A stretch of DNA of 64,000 nt from Candidatus Multivoradales bacterium. GTDB taxonomy: Bacteria; Acidobacteriota; Thermoanaerobaculia; Multivoradales; JAHEKO01. Location: NCBI GenBank assembly GCA_965223855.1, contig CBDCXM010000009.1:1152001-1216000 (forward strand), written 5' to 3'. How positions within the stretch are numbered: position 1 is the stretch's first letter; each line of letters opens with the position of its first letter. Under the pieces are notes generated by a model that was not told the DNA's origin, made no database searches, and saw nothing but the letters and a program-made list of their open reading frames with translations. Both the position numbers and the translations under genes were made by a program. This document shows positions 39,164 through 47,741 of this stretch, in pieces.

Positions 39164-40045
39164 TTGAAGCCGGCACCATTCGAATACCGGGCTCCCCGCA
39201 CGCTCGACGAGGTTCTCGAGCTGCTGGCGGAGCACGGCCCGGAGGCGAAGCTGCTGGCGGGCGGGCAGAGCCTGATCCCGGTGATGAACTTCCGGCTGGC
39301 GCAGCCGGCGCTGCTGGTCGATCTCAACGGTGTCGAGGGGCTCGACGGTTGGGAGCCGACGGCGGACGGGGGCGTGCGGATCGGCGGTCTGAGCCGCCTG
39401 AGCGCGCTCGAGCGGCGGCCGGAGTTGGCCGCCCACTCTCCGCTGCTGGCCGAGGCGCTGCCGTGGGTCGCTCATCCGCAGATCCGCAATCGCAGCACCC
39501 TGGGCGGGACCCTCGCCCACGCCGACCCGGCCGCCGAGGTACCGGCGGTCTGTCTCGCCGAGGGGGCGCGGTTCCGGATCGCTCGTCGGGAGGGCGAGCG
39601 CTGGGTCGAGGCGCGCGACTTCTTCCGCGGTCTCTTCGACACCGCGCTCGAGCCGGAGGAGGCGCTGGTCGAAGTCGAGCTGCCGCCGCCGTCCGCCGCT
39701 ACCGGCAGCAGCTTCCAGGAGATCGCCCGCCGGCACGGCGATTACGCTCTCGCCGGCGTCGCGGCGCGCGTCGAGCTCGACGGTGACGGCGCGATCCGTC
39801 GCGCCCGGCTGGTCTACCTGAGTGTCGGCGATACGCCGGTCGAGGCGCGGGCGGCGAGCGACATGCTCGAAGGCGAGAGCCCTTCGTCCGAGCTCTTCGC
39901 CGCCGCCGCGGCGCACGCTGCGGAGCACGAGGTCGATCCGGCCGGCACGATCCACGCCACGCCGGAGTTCACCCGCCATCTGGTCGGGGTGCTCACCCGG
40001 CGAGCGCTGACGGCGGCCGTCGCCCGCGCGGGAGGGGCGGCATGA
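39164..40045 (+). CDS. Xanthine dehydrogenase family FAD-binding subunit (CoxM/CutM-like)
   Basis: KPAPFEY, LAGGQSL, HPQIRNRSTLGG, HADPAAE. Confidence 0.92.
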   Translation: MKPAPFEYRAPRTLDEVLELLAEHGPEAKLLAGGQSLIPVMNFRLAQPALLVDLNGVEGLDGWEPTADGGVRIGGLSRLSALERRPELAAHSPLLAEALPWVAHPQIRNRSTLGGTLAHADPAAEVPAVCLAEGARFRIARREGERWVEARDFFRGLFDTALEPEEALVEVELPPPSAATGSSFQEIARRHGDYALAGVAARVELDGDGAIRRARLVYLSVGDTPVEARAASDMLEGESPSSELFAAAAAHAAEHEVDPAGTIHATPEFTRHLVGVLTRRALTAAVARAGGAA

Positions 40046-40551
40046 GCGACCGGGCTCAGGGCGCCCGTCTACCGGTGCGGCTCGAGGTCAACGGCGCGAG
40101 CTATGAGGGCGAGGCGGAGCCGCGGACGCTCCTTTCCGACTTCCTGCGCCACGACCTCGGGCTGACCGGCACGCACGTCGGCTGTGAGCACGGGGTGTGC
40201 GGCGCCTGTACGGTGCTCTTCGACGGCGAGGCGGTGCGTGCCTGCCTGCTGCTGGCGGTGCAGGCCGACGGCCATCGGATCGAGACGGTGGAGGGGCTCG
40301 CTCCCGCCGACGGCGACGAACGGCTTCATCCGCTGCAGCAGGCGTTCCAGGACGCGCACGGGCTGCAGTGCGGTTTCTGCACCCCGGGCTTTCTGATGAC
40401 GCTGGTGCCGTTCCTCGAGGCGAATCCCGACCCGAGCGAAGAGGAGATCCGGCACGCCATCTCCGGCAACCTGTGCCGTTGCACCGGCTACCAGCACATC
40501 GTCGATGCGGTGCAGCTCGCGGCGCGCCGGCAGCGCGGGGAGGACGAGTGA
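40042..40551 (+). CDS. (2Fe-2S)-binding subunit (CoxS/CutS-like)
   Basis: GCEHGVCGACTV, QCGFCTPG, NLCRCTGY. Confidence 0.94.
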   Translation: MSDRAQGARLPVRLEVNGASYEGEAEPRTLLSDFLRHDLGLTGTHVGCEHGVCGACTVLFDGEAVRACLLLAVQADGHRIETVEGLAPADGDERLHPLQQAFQDAHGLQCGFCTPGFLMTLVPFLEANPDPSEEEIRHAISGNLCRCTGYQHIVDAVQLAARRQRGEDE

Positions 40552-41837
40552 TCGCGAGTCCGGCGCCCGGTTCGCTCGCGGCAGCGTCGGACGTCGACCG
40601 CTGGCTCGAAGGGCTGCGACTCGCCTTCGACGAGGTCGAACCTCTGGTCGGCGCCTTCGTCGAGGAGCCCGATCGCTGGTCGCGGCTCGCGGCTGCCGCG
40701 CGGAGCCTCCTCCTGCGCTACCCCGACGAGCGCGATCGTCCGCCGTTCTTCGGCGTCGCGGTCGGGGTCAAGGACATCTTCCATGTCGACGGTCTCGAGA
40801 CCCGGGCGGGAAGCAGCGTACCGCCGGCCGAGCTCGCCGGCCCGCAGGCGGAGTCGGTACGCCGCCTCGCGGCCGCCGGAGCGATCGTCCTCGGCAAGAC
40901 GGTGACGACCGAGTTCGCCTACTTCGCGCCGCGCGGCACGCGCAACCCGGCCGATCCCGACCGCACTCCGGGCGGGTCGTCGAGCGGCTCGGCCGCGGCC
41001 GTCGCTGCCGGGCTGTGTCCTCTTTCTCTGGGGACACAGACGATCGGCTCGATCTCCCGACCCGCCTCCTACTGCGGCGTGGTCGGCTTCAAGCCGAGCT
41101 ACGAGCGCATCCCGAGGACGGGAGTCATCCCGCTGGCGCCGTCGGTCGATCACGTCGGCTTCTTCACCCCGGATGTCGCGGCCGCCCGCCGGGCCGCCGC
41201 CGTGCTCCTCGACGGCTGGCTCGGCGGGGGAGACGGGCGGCCCCCACGGCTGGCGATTCCGACCGGGCCTTACCTCGACGCCCTCGAGCCGGGTGGGCGC
41301 GAGCGCTTCGAGCGCGGCTGCCGTCTGCTGGCGGACGCCGGGCTGGAGTGGCAGGACGTCCCTGCGATGCCGGACTTCGACGACGTGGTTGCCCGTCACC
41401 GGCGTCTCGTCGCCGCCGAAGCCGCCGAGGTGCATCGCGAGTGGTTCGCGCGCTACGGCGAGAGCTACCACCCGAAGACCCGCGAGCTGATCGAATCGGG
41501 GCTCGAGGTCGACGCCGAAGAGCTGGAAGCGGCACGGCGCGGGCGTCTGCGGCTCCGACAAGAGCTCGAGTCCGAGATGGAGCGCCACGGGATCGACGTC
41601 TGGCTGACGCCGGCCTCCCAGGACGTTGCGCCGACCGGCCTCGACTCGACCGGGGATCCGATCCTCAACCTGCCATGGAGCCATGCCGGTCTGCCATCGA
41701 TCACCCTGCCGTCGATCACTCCGGCGGCTTCGGCGAAGGGCGAGCTGCCGTTCGGGCTGCAGTTCGTCGGCCGGTTCGGCGCCGACGAGGCGCTTCTCGA
41801 GGCGGCAGCCGCGTGGGAAAGGGGGCTCGGCCGTTGA
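40548..41837 (+). CDS. Amidase signature family enzyme
   Basis: GVKD (Lys), PGGSSSGSAAAV, GTQTIGSI.RPASYCG. Confidence 0.9.
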   Translation: MIASPAPGSLAAASDVDRWLEGLRLAFDEVEPLVGAFVEEPDRWSRLAAAARSLLLRYPDERDRPPFFGVAVGVKDIFHVDGLETRAGSSVPPAELAGPQAESVRRLAAAGAIVLGKTVTTEFAYFAPRGTRNPADPDRTPGGSSSGSAAAVAAGLCPLSLGTQTIGSISRPASYCGVVGFKPSYERIPRTGVIPLAPSVDHVGFFTPDVAAARRAAAVLLDGWLGGGDGRPPRLAIPTGPYLDALEPGGRERFERGCRLLADAGLEWQDVPAMPDFDDVVARHRRLVAAEAAEVHREWFARYGESYHPKTRELIESGLEVDAEELEAARRGRLRLRQELESEMERHGIDVWLTPASQDVAPTGLDSTGDPILNLPWSHAGLPSITLPSITPAASAKGELPFGLQFVGRFGADEALLEAAAAWERGLGR

Positions 41838-43495
41838 GCGTCGAGCGCCACATCGTCCGCACCGGGTCCTACTTCGACTCGGTCGTGCTGATGCAGTTGC
41901 AGCGCCGGCTGGCCGAGCTCGACGGGGTCGAGGAGGCGGGGGTGGTCATGGCGACTCGAGCCAACCTCGAGCTGCTCTCGCGAGCGGGTTTGCAGACCGA
42001 GCGAATCGAGGCACGACCGGACGACCTCCTGGTCCTGGTCCGGGGCACGACCGAAGCCGCGGCGCGCAGTGCTCTCGACCGCTTCGACGAGCTGGCGGGC
42101 GAGCGGACCGCGGCCGCGGCGACCGACTACCGCCCGAAGAGTGTGGCGACGGCGCTCAAGGAGCGCCCGGAGGCGAACTGGGTCCTGGTGTCGGTTCCCG
42201 GAGAGTACGCAGCCGCCGTCGCCCGCCAGGCGATCGATGCCGGGCGACACGTCTTCCTCTACAGCGACAACGTGTCGCTGGAAGACGAGGTGGCACTCAA
42301 GCGCCATGCCGAGCGCCGCAGGCGGCTGGTGCTGGGGCCGGACTGCGGCACCGCGATGATCGGCGGGGCGGGCCTCGGCTTCGCCAACCGGGTGCGTCGG
42401 GGGGACGTCGGTATCGTCGCCGCGTCGGGGACCGGTCTCCAGACGATCGCCTCGAGGCTCCATCGTGAGGGGAGAGGGGTGTCGCACGGCATCGGCACCG
42501 GTGGTCGCGATCTGGCGAGCGACGTCGGCGGTCGCACGGCGCTGGCCGCCCTGGCCGCGCTGGCGGCGGACGAGGAGACCCGGGTCGTGGTGCTGGTCTC
42601 GAAGCCGCCGCATCCCGAAGTCGCGGCGCGCCTCCTGTCGGCCGCCGCGAGGGTCGGCAAGCCGGTGGTCGTCCATTTCCAGGGGCGCGGCCTTGCCGGG
42701 CGGCGCCTCGGCCCGCTCCACTTCGCCGTCGACCTCGAGCATGCGGCCGCTCTGGCAGCCGAGCTGGCCGAGAAGCCTCCGCCGCCGTTCGAGCCGACAG
42801 GCGACGGCCTCCTCCGCGGCCTCTTCTCGGGAGGCACGTTGGCGGGCGAGGCGGTGGTGCGGCTCGAGCCTCTGCTGCCGGAACTGGTCTCCAACCTGTC
42901 CAAGGAGAGTTCGATCGTCGATCTTTCGACCTTCGCCGGCCACGCAGTGCTCGACCTCGGGGCCGACCAGTTCACCGTCGGTCGGCCGCACCCGATGATC
43001 GATCCGCAGGTGGTGGCGGAGCACCTCTCCCACGCGGCCGCCGACAAGAGGGTCGCGACGATCGTCGTCGACGTCGTCCTCGGTGACGGTGCCCACCCCG
43101 ACCCGGCGTCAATCCTCGCTCCGGCGATCGAGCGTGCCCGCAGGAAGGCACGCGAGGACCTGGCCGTCCTCGCCCTCGTCGTCGGTACCGAGGAAGACCG
43201 CCAGGAGATCGGCGCGCAGTGCGACCGGCTCGAGGAGGCGGGTGCCGAGGTGTTCGATTCGCTGTCGCCGGCGCTCGAGCGGGTCGTCGCGCGTTCGCTC
43301 CCTCCGAGGACCGAAGACGAGGTTCGGGCGATCGCCCTCGAGCCGCCGCGGGAGGTGATCAACGTCGGCATCGATCTCTTCCGCGAGAGCCTCGAGGCGC
43401 AGGAGGTGCCGGTGCTGCAGGTCGATTGGCGGCCGCCCGCCGGCGGCAACGAGAAACTCGCCACGATCGTGGCGCGACTGAGGGAGAGCGCATGA
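41834..43495 (+). CDS. fdrA: FdrA family acyl-CoA synthetase-like protein
   Basis: YFDSVVLM, SVPG.YA, GPDCGT, IGTGGRDL, GLFSGGTL, GRPHPMIDP; C-terminal DWRPPAGG segment. Confidence 0.9.
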   Translation: MSVERHIVRTGSYFDSVVLMQLQRRLAELDGVEEAGVVMATRANLELLSRAGLQTERIEARPDDLLVLVRGTTEAAARSALDRFDELAGERTAAAATDYRPKSVATALKERPEANWVLVSVPGEYAAAVARQAIDAGRHVFLYSDNVSLEDEVALKRHAERRRRLVLGPDCGTAMIGGAGLGFANRVRRGDVGIVAASGTGLQTIASRLHREGRGVSHGIGTGGRDLASDVGGRTALAALAALAADEETRVVVLVSKPPHPEVAARLLSAAARVGKPVVVHFQGRGLAGRRLGPLHFAVDLEHAAALAAELAEKPPPPFEPTGDGLLRGLFSGGTLAGEAVVRLEPLLPELVSNLSKESSIVDLSTFAGHAVLDLGADQFTVGRPHPMIDPQVVAEHLSHAAADKRVATIVVDVVLGDGAHPDPASILAPAIERARRKAREDLAVLALVVGTEEDRQEIGAQCDRLEEAGAEVFDSLSPALERVVARSLPPRTEDEVRAIALEPPREVINVGIDLFRESLEAQEVPVLQVDWRPPAGGNEKLATIVARLRESA

Positions 43496-44757
43496 CTTCC
43501 AACCCGGTGGACGCGGCCAACCGCGAGGCGCTCGAACGGATGATGGCGGTCCGCCCGGTACTCGAGACCGTGGCGGTGGCCGGTGACGTCGTTCCCGGCC
43601 TCGACGCCAAGCGGATCCTTCACGCCGGGCCGCCGATCGAATGGGCTCGGATGTCGGGCCCGCTGCGCGGCGCGGTGATCGGGGCGCTGCTCTTCGAAGG
43701 GCTCGCCGACTCGCGCGAGTCGGCCATCCACCTCATCGAGCAGGGGGAGATCGCTTTCTCGCCGTGCCACCACCACCACGCCGTCGGCCCGATGGCCGGT
43801 GTGACGTCGGCCTCGATGCAGGTCTACGTCGTGCGCGACGCCGAGGGCAAGGGGCACGCCTATTCGACCCTCAACGAGGGCTACGGCAAGGTGCTGCGCT
43901 ACGGCGCCTACGCCCCCGAGGTGCTGGAGAAGTTGCGCTGGATGAACGTCCAGATGGGGCCGATCCTCGCCGCCGCCCTCGACGCGTGCGGCGGCATCGA
44001 TCTGCGGGCGCTGCTGGCGGAGGCGCTCCATATGGGCGACGAGGGGCACAACCGCAACAAGGCGGGATCGCTCCTCTTCACCCGGCACCTGGCGCCGAGC
44101 ATCTTCGAGGTCGCCGGGGACCGCGCCCTCGGCTCGGCGATCGTCGAGTTCCTCGGCGACAACGCGCTGTCGGTGCTCAATCCGGTGATGGCGGCGTGCA
44201 AGGTGATGGCGGACTCCGCCCACGGCGTCGAGCGCTCGACCCTGGTGACGACGATGGCGCGCAACGGCACCGACTTCGGCATCCGGGTCAGCGGGCTCGG
44301 CGAGCGCTGGTTCACGGCGCCCGCCCAGGTGCCCGACGGCCTCTATTTCCCGGGCTTCACCAGCGACGACGCCAACCCGGACATCGGCGATTCGACGATT
44401 ACCGAGACCGCCGGCATCGGCGCCTTCGCCATGGCGGCGGCGCCTGCGATCGTTAACTTCGTCGGCGGCGCGCCCGAAGAGGCGACGCACGCGACGCTCG
44501 AGATGTACGAGATCACCGCCGGCGAACACAAGCACTTCACGATCCCTCAGCTCGGCTTCCGGGGGACGCCGGTGGGGATCGACCTGCGCGACGTCGTCGA
44601 GCTCGGGGTGACGCCGCGGGTCAACACCGGCATTGCCCATCGCGAGGCCGGTGTCGGCCAGGTGGGAGCGGGCCTCGTGAGGCCGCCGATGAAGATCTTT
44701 GAAGAGGCGCTCGAGGCGTTCGCCGAGCGCTACCTGCCGCGCGAGGCGCGTCCGTGA
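43492..44757 (+). CDS. DUF1116 (YlbE/YahG-like) protein
   Basis: LHAGPP, PCH, AVGPMAG, MGDEGHNRN, ARNG..FGI, DIGDS.ITET, NTGIAH. Confidence 0.9.
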   Translation: MTSNPVDAANREALERMMAVRPVLETVAVAGDVVPGLDAKRILHAGPPIEWARMSGPLRGAVIGALLFEGLADSRESAIHLIEQGEIAFSPCHHHHAVGPMAGVTSASMQVYVVRDAEGKGHAYSTLNEGYGKVLRYGAYAPEVLEKLRWMNVQMGPILAAALDACGGIDLRALLAEALHMGDEGHNRNKAGSLLFTRHLAPSIFEVAGDRALGSAIVEFLGDNALSVLNPVMAACKVMADSAHGVERSTLVTTMARNGTDFGIRVSGLGERWFTAPAQVPDGLYFPGFTSDDANPDIGDSTITETAGIGAFAMAAAPAIVNFVGGAPEEATHATLEMYEITAGEHKHFTIPQLGFRGTPVGIDLRDVVELGVTPRVNTGIAHREAGVGQVGAGLVRPPMKIFEEALEAFAERYLPREARP

Positions 44758-47120
44758 GCGCGGGCGAGAAAACGCTCGTCGGCAAGCGGGTACGGCGCAA
44801 TGAGGACCCGCGCCTGCTGACCGGGCGGGCGCTCTTCGTCGACGACGTCGTGCGCCCGGACATGCTGCACGTGGCGTTCCTGCGCAGCCCCTTCGCCCAC
44901 GCGCGGATCAACGAAGTCGACGTCGATCTGGCGCGCGATCTCGACGGCGTCCACGCTGTCTACACCGCCGCCGACCTGGGAGAGTACTGGCAGCACGGCC
45001 CGCTGCTGGTGCCGCCGCCGCCGGTCGAGGGGGTGGTGTTCCACGAGCGCACCCAGGTGCCGCTGGCGCGTCATAAGATCCGCCACCTCGGCGAGCCGGT
45101 GGCGATGGTGGTGGCGGACAGCCGGGCGATCGCCGAGGACGCGGTCGATCGGATCTTCCTCGATTGCGATCCGCTCGACGCGGTCGTCGACCTGGAACAG
45201 GCGTTGGCGGAGGGGGCGCCGCTCGTTCACGACGACCTGGAGTCGAACCTCGCCGCCTTCGTGCCGCAGAAGAAGGGCGACTACGCCGCGGCGCTCGAAC
45301 GCGCGGACCTCGTGCTGCGTCGGCGCTACGTCTACGACCGCGGTGCTTCGGCGGCGATCGAGAACCGCGGCGTGGTGGCGGAGTGGAATCGCCTCAGCGA
45401 GCGGCTGACCGTCTGGGACACGACGCAGGCGCCGATCCCGATCCGCAACGGCCTCGCGGCGATGCTGGGACTGTCGGAGTCGCAGGTGCGGGTCGTCGCG
45501 CCCTTCGTCGGCGGCGGCTTCGGGCCGAAGATCATGATGTTCTATCCCGAGGAGGTACTGCTGCCGTGGGCGGCGATGCGGCTCGACCGGCCGCTCAAGT
45601 GGATCGAGGATCGCTCGGAGAACTTCGTCGCCACGACCCAGGAACGGGGCCAGATCCACGACGCCGAGATCGCGCTGTCGAAGGACGGGCGTGTGCTGGG
45701 GGTCCGGGACAGCTTCCTCCACGACACCGGCGCCTACGATCCCTACGGCCTCACGGTGCCGCTCAACAGCCAGTGCACGCTGCTCGGGCCCTACGACATC
45801 CCCGCCTACGAGAGTGAGCTGCGGGCGGTCTTCACGAACAAGACGATCGTCACTCCGTACCGCGGCGCCGGTCGCCAGCACGGGGTGTTCGTCATCGAGC
45901 GGCTCCTCGACGCCGCCGCCAGGGAGCTGGGGATCGACCGCATCGAGATTCGGCGGCGCAACTTCATCCGCCCGGAGCAGTTCCCGTACGCCAACGAGGT
46001 GATCTACCAGGACGCGGCGCCGCTGGTCTACGACAGCGGCAACTACGAGCCGCTGCTCGACAAGGCGCGTGAGCTCATCGGCTGGGACGAGTTCGTCACC
46101 ACGACGCAGCCGGAGGCGCGGGCCGCCGGCCGGCACGTCGGCATCGGCATCGTCGCCTACGTCGAAGGGACCGGTATCGGCCCCTACGAGGGGGCGCGGG
46201 TGCAGGTCGAGCCGACGGGGAAGATCACCGTCGTCACCGGCGTCGGCACCCAGGGGCAGGGCCACTACACGGTGCTCGCACAGATCGCCGCCGAGCTGCT
46301 GGGGGCGGAGGTGGACGAGGTCGAGGTGACGACCGGCGATACCGACCAGTTCCACTGGGGGAGCGGCACCTTCGCTTCACGGGGAGCGGTGGTCGCCGGC
46401 AACGCGGTGCGCGCGGCGGCGGCGGACGTGCGGCAGAGGATGCTCGCGCTGGCTGCACGCCACCTCGAGGCAGAAATCGATGAACTCGAGGTCGTCGCCG
46501 GCCATGTCCGGGTCGCTGCGGAGCCGGATCGCACGGTCGATCGTCGCGAGCTGGCGCGCCTCGCCAATCCGCTGCGCGGCGCCGTCGAGCCCGGGACCGA
46601 GCCGGGTCTCGAGTCGACCCAGTACTTCGGGCCGTACCGTGGCGCTACCGCGAGTGGCGTGCATGCCGCGATCGTCGAGATCGATCCGGAGACGATGCTG
46701 GTCGAGATCCTCGACTACGTCGTGGTGCACGACTGCGGCAAGGTGCTCAACCCGCTGCTGGTCGACGGGCAGGTGCACGGCGGGGTGGCGCAGGGGGTCG
46801 GCAACGCCTTCTACGAGCAGCTCGTCTACGACGACGGCGGCCAGCTCCTCAACGCCTCGTTCATGGATTTCCTGTTGCCGACGGCGCTCGACGTGCCGCG
46901 GGTCAAGGTCGGCCACCTCGAGACGCCGTCGCCGCTCAATGAGCTGGGCTCCAAGGGAGCCGGAGAGGCGGGCGCGATCCCGACCGGGGCGCTCTTCGTC
47001 CAGGCGGTCGAGGATGCACTGCGCATCCCCGGATTCGAGATCCGGGAGATCCCGCTCCACCCAAGTCGCCTGTGGGAGCTGGCGACGGCAGCCCGCGCGG
47101 AGGCGGAGGAGGCCTCATGA
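44754..47120 (+). CDS. Xanthine dehydrogenase family molybdopterin-binding subunit (form II CoxL/CutL-like)
   Basis: EDPRLLTG, VGGGFGPK, PYRGAGR, QGQGH, GTFASR, GQVHGG, KGAGEAG. Confidence 0.93.
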   Translation: MSAGEKTLVGKRVRRNEDPRLLTGRALFVDDVVRPDMLHVAFLRSPFAHARINEVDVDLARDLDGVHAVYTAADLGEYWQHGPLLVPPPPVEGVVFHERTQVPLARHKIRHLGEPVAMVVADSRAIAEDAVDRIFLDCDPLDAVVDLEQALAEGAPLVHDDLESNLAAFVPQKKGDYAAALERADLVLRRRYVYDRGASAAIENRGVVAEWNRLSERLTVWDTTQAPIPIRNGLAAMLGLSESQVRVVAPFVGGGFGPKIMMFYPEEVLLPWAAMRLDRPLKWIEDRSENFVATTQERGQIHDAEIALSKDGRVLGVRDSFLHDTGAYDPYGLTVPLNSQCTLLGPYDIPAYESELRAVFTNKTIVTPYRGAGRQHGVFVIERLLDAAARELGIDRIEIRRRNFIRPEQFPYANEVIYQDAAPLVYDSGNYEPLLDKARELIGWDEFVTTTQPEARAAGRHVGIGIVAYVEGTGIGPYEGARVQVEPTGKITVVTGVGTQGQGHYTVLAQIAAELLGAEVDEVEVTTGDTDQFHWGSGTFASRGAVVAGNAVRAAAADVRQRMLALAARHLEAEIDELEVVAGHVRVAAEPDRTVDRRELARLANPLRGAVEPGTEPGLESTQYFGPYRGATASGVHAAIVEIDPETMLVEILDYVVVHDCGKVLNPLLVDGQVHGGVAQGVGNAFYEQLVYDDGGQLLNASFMDFLLPTALDVPRVKVGHLETPSPLNELGSKGAGEAGAIPTGALFVQAVEDALRIPGFEIREIPLHPSRLWELATAARAEAEEAS

Positions 47121-47731
47121 AACTCGCCGGAACGCACATCTTCGCCGTCCCGAGGGAGCGGTTGTGGGAAGCACTGCTCGATCCCGAGATCCTCGCCCGC
47201 ACCCTGCCGGGCTGCGACGCCCTCGAGCGGATCGAGGAGAACAAATACCGCGGCGCCCTCACTGTCGCCATCGGGCCGGTGCGCGGCCAGTTCCAGGGAA
47301 CGCTCGAGCTCTCCGATCTCGATCCGCCCGACGGCTACGACATGGTGGTCAAGGGACAGGGCCCCGCCGGCTTCATGAAGGGGAAGGGCCGGATCTCCCT
47401 GGCCGAGGCGGAGGGCGGTACCGAGCTGACCTACGACCTCGACGCCCAGGTGGGCGGCCGGATCGCCGGCGTCGGTCAGCGCCTGCTCGACAGCTCCGCG
47501 AAGGTGGTGGCGCAGCAGGGGCTCGAGGGATTGGCGGCGCAGGTCGAGGGTGGTGGGGATGGCGCCGAAGCGACCGAGCCCCCCGCTCCCCCCAGCCAGA
47601 CACAGATGGCGGCGCGCTTCGCCGGCGGACTGTGGAAAGAGATGGTGCCCGCCCCCGTGCGCAAGGGGCTGGAGATTCTTGTCTGGCTGGCGCTGGGAGC
47701 GGCGCTCGGCTGGTGGCTGCGCGGCGGCTGA
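47117..47731 (+). CDS. coxG: CoxG (SRPBCC) family protein with C-terminal TM
   Basis: DPEILARTLPGC, IGPVRG, GGRIAGVGQRL. Confidence 0.88.
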   Translation: MKLAGTHIFAVPRERLWEALLDPEILARTLPGCDALERIEENKYRGALTVAIGPVRGQFQGTLELSDLDPPDGYDMVVKGQGPAGFMKGKGRISLAEAEGGTELTYDLDAQVGGRIAGVGQRLLDSSAKVVAQQGLEGLAAQVEGGGDGAEATEPPAPPSQTQMAARFAGGLWKEMVPAPVRKGLEILVWLALGAALGWWLRGG

Positions 47732-47741
47732 GAGGTTCAGG

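Noticed and set aside
43768-43779. CAC x4 (His4) tract in the DUF1116 gene
   Set aside because: Part of the family PCHxxxAVGPM motif; too short for phase variation.
44754-47120. Aerobic CO dehydrogenase call
   Set aside because: The active-site loop is PYRGAGR, not the form I AYxCSFR, and no coxDEF genes are present.
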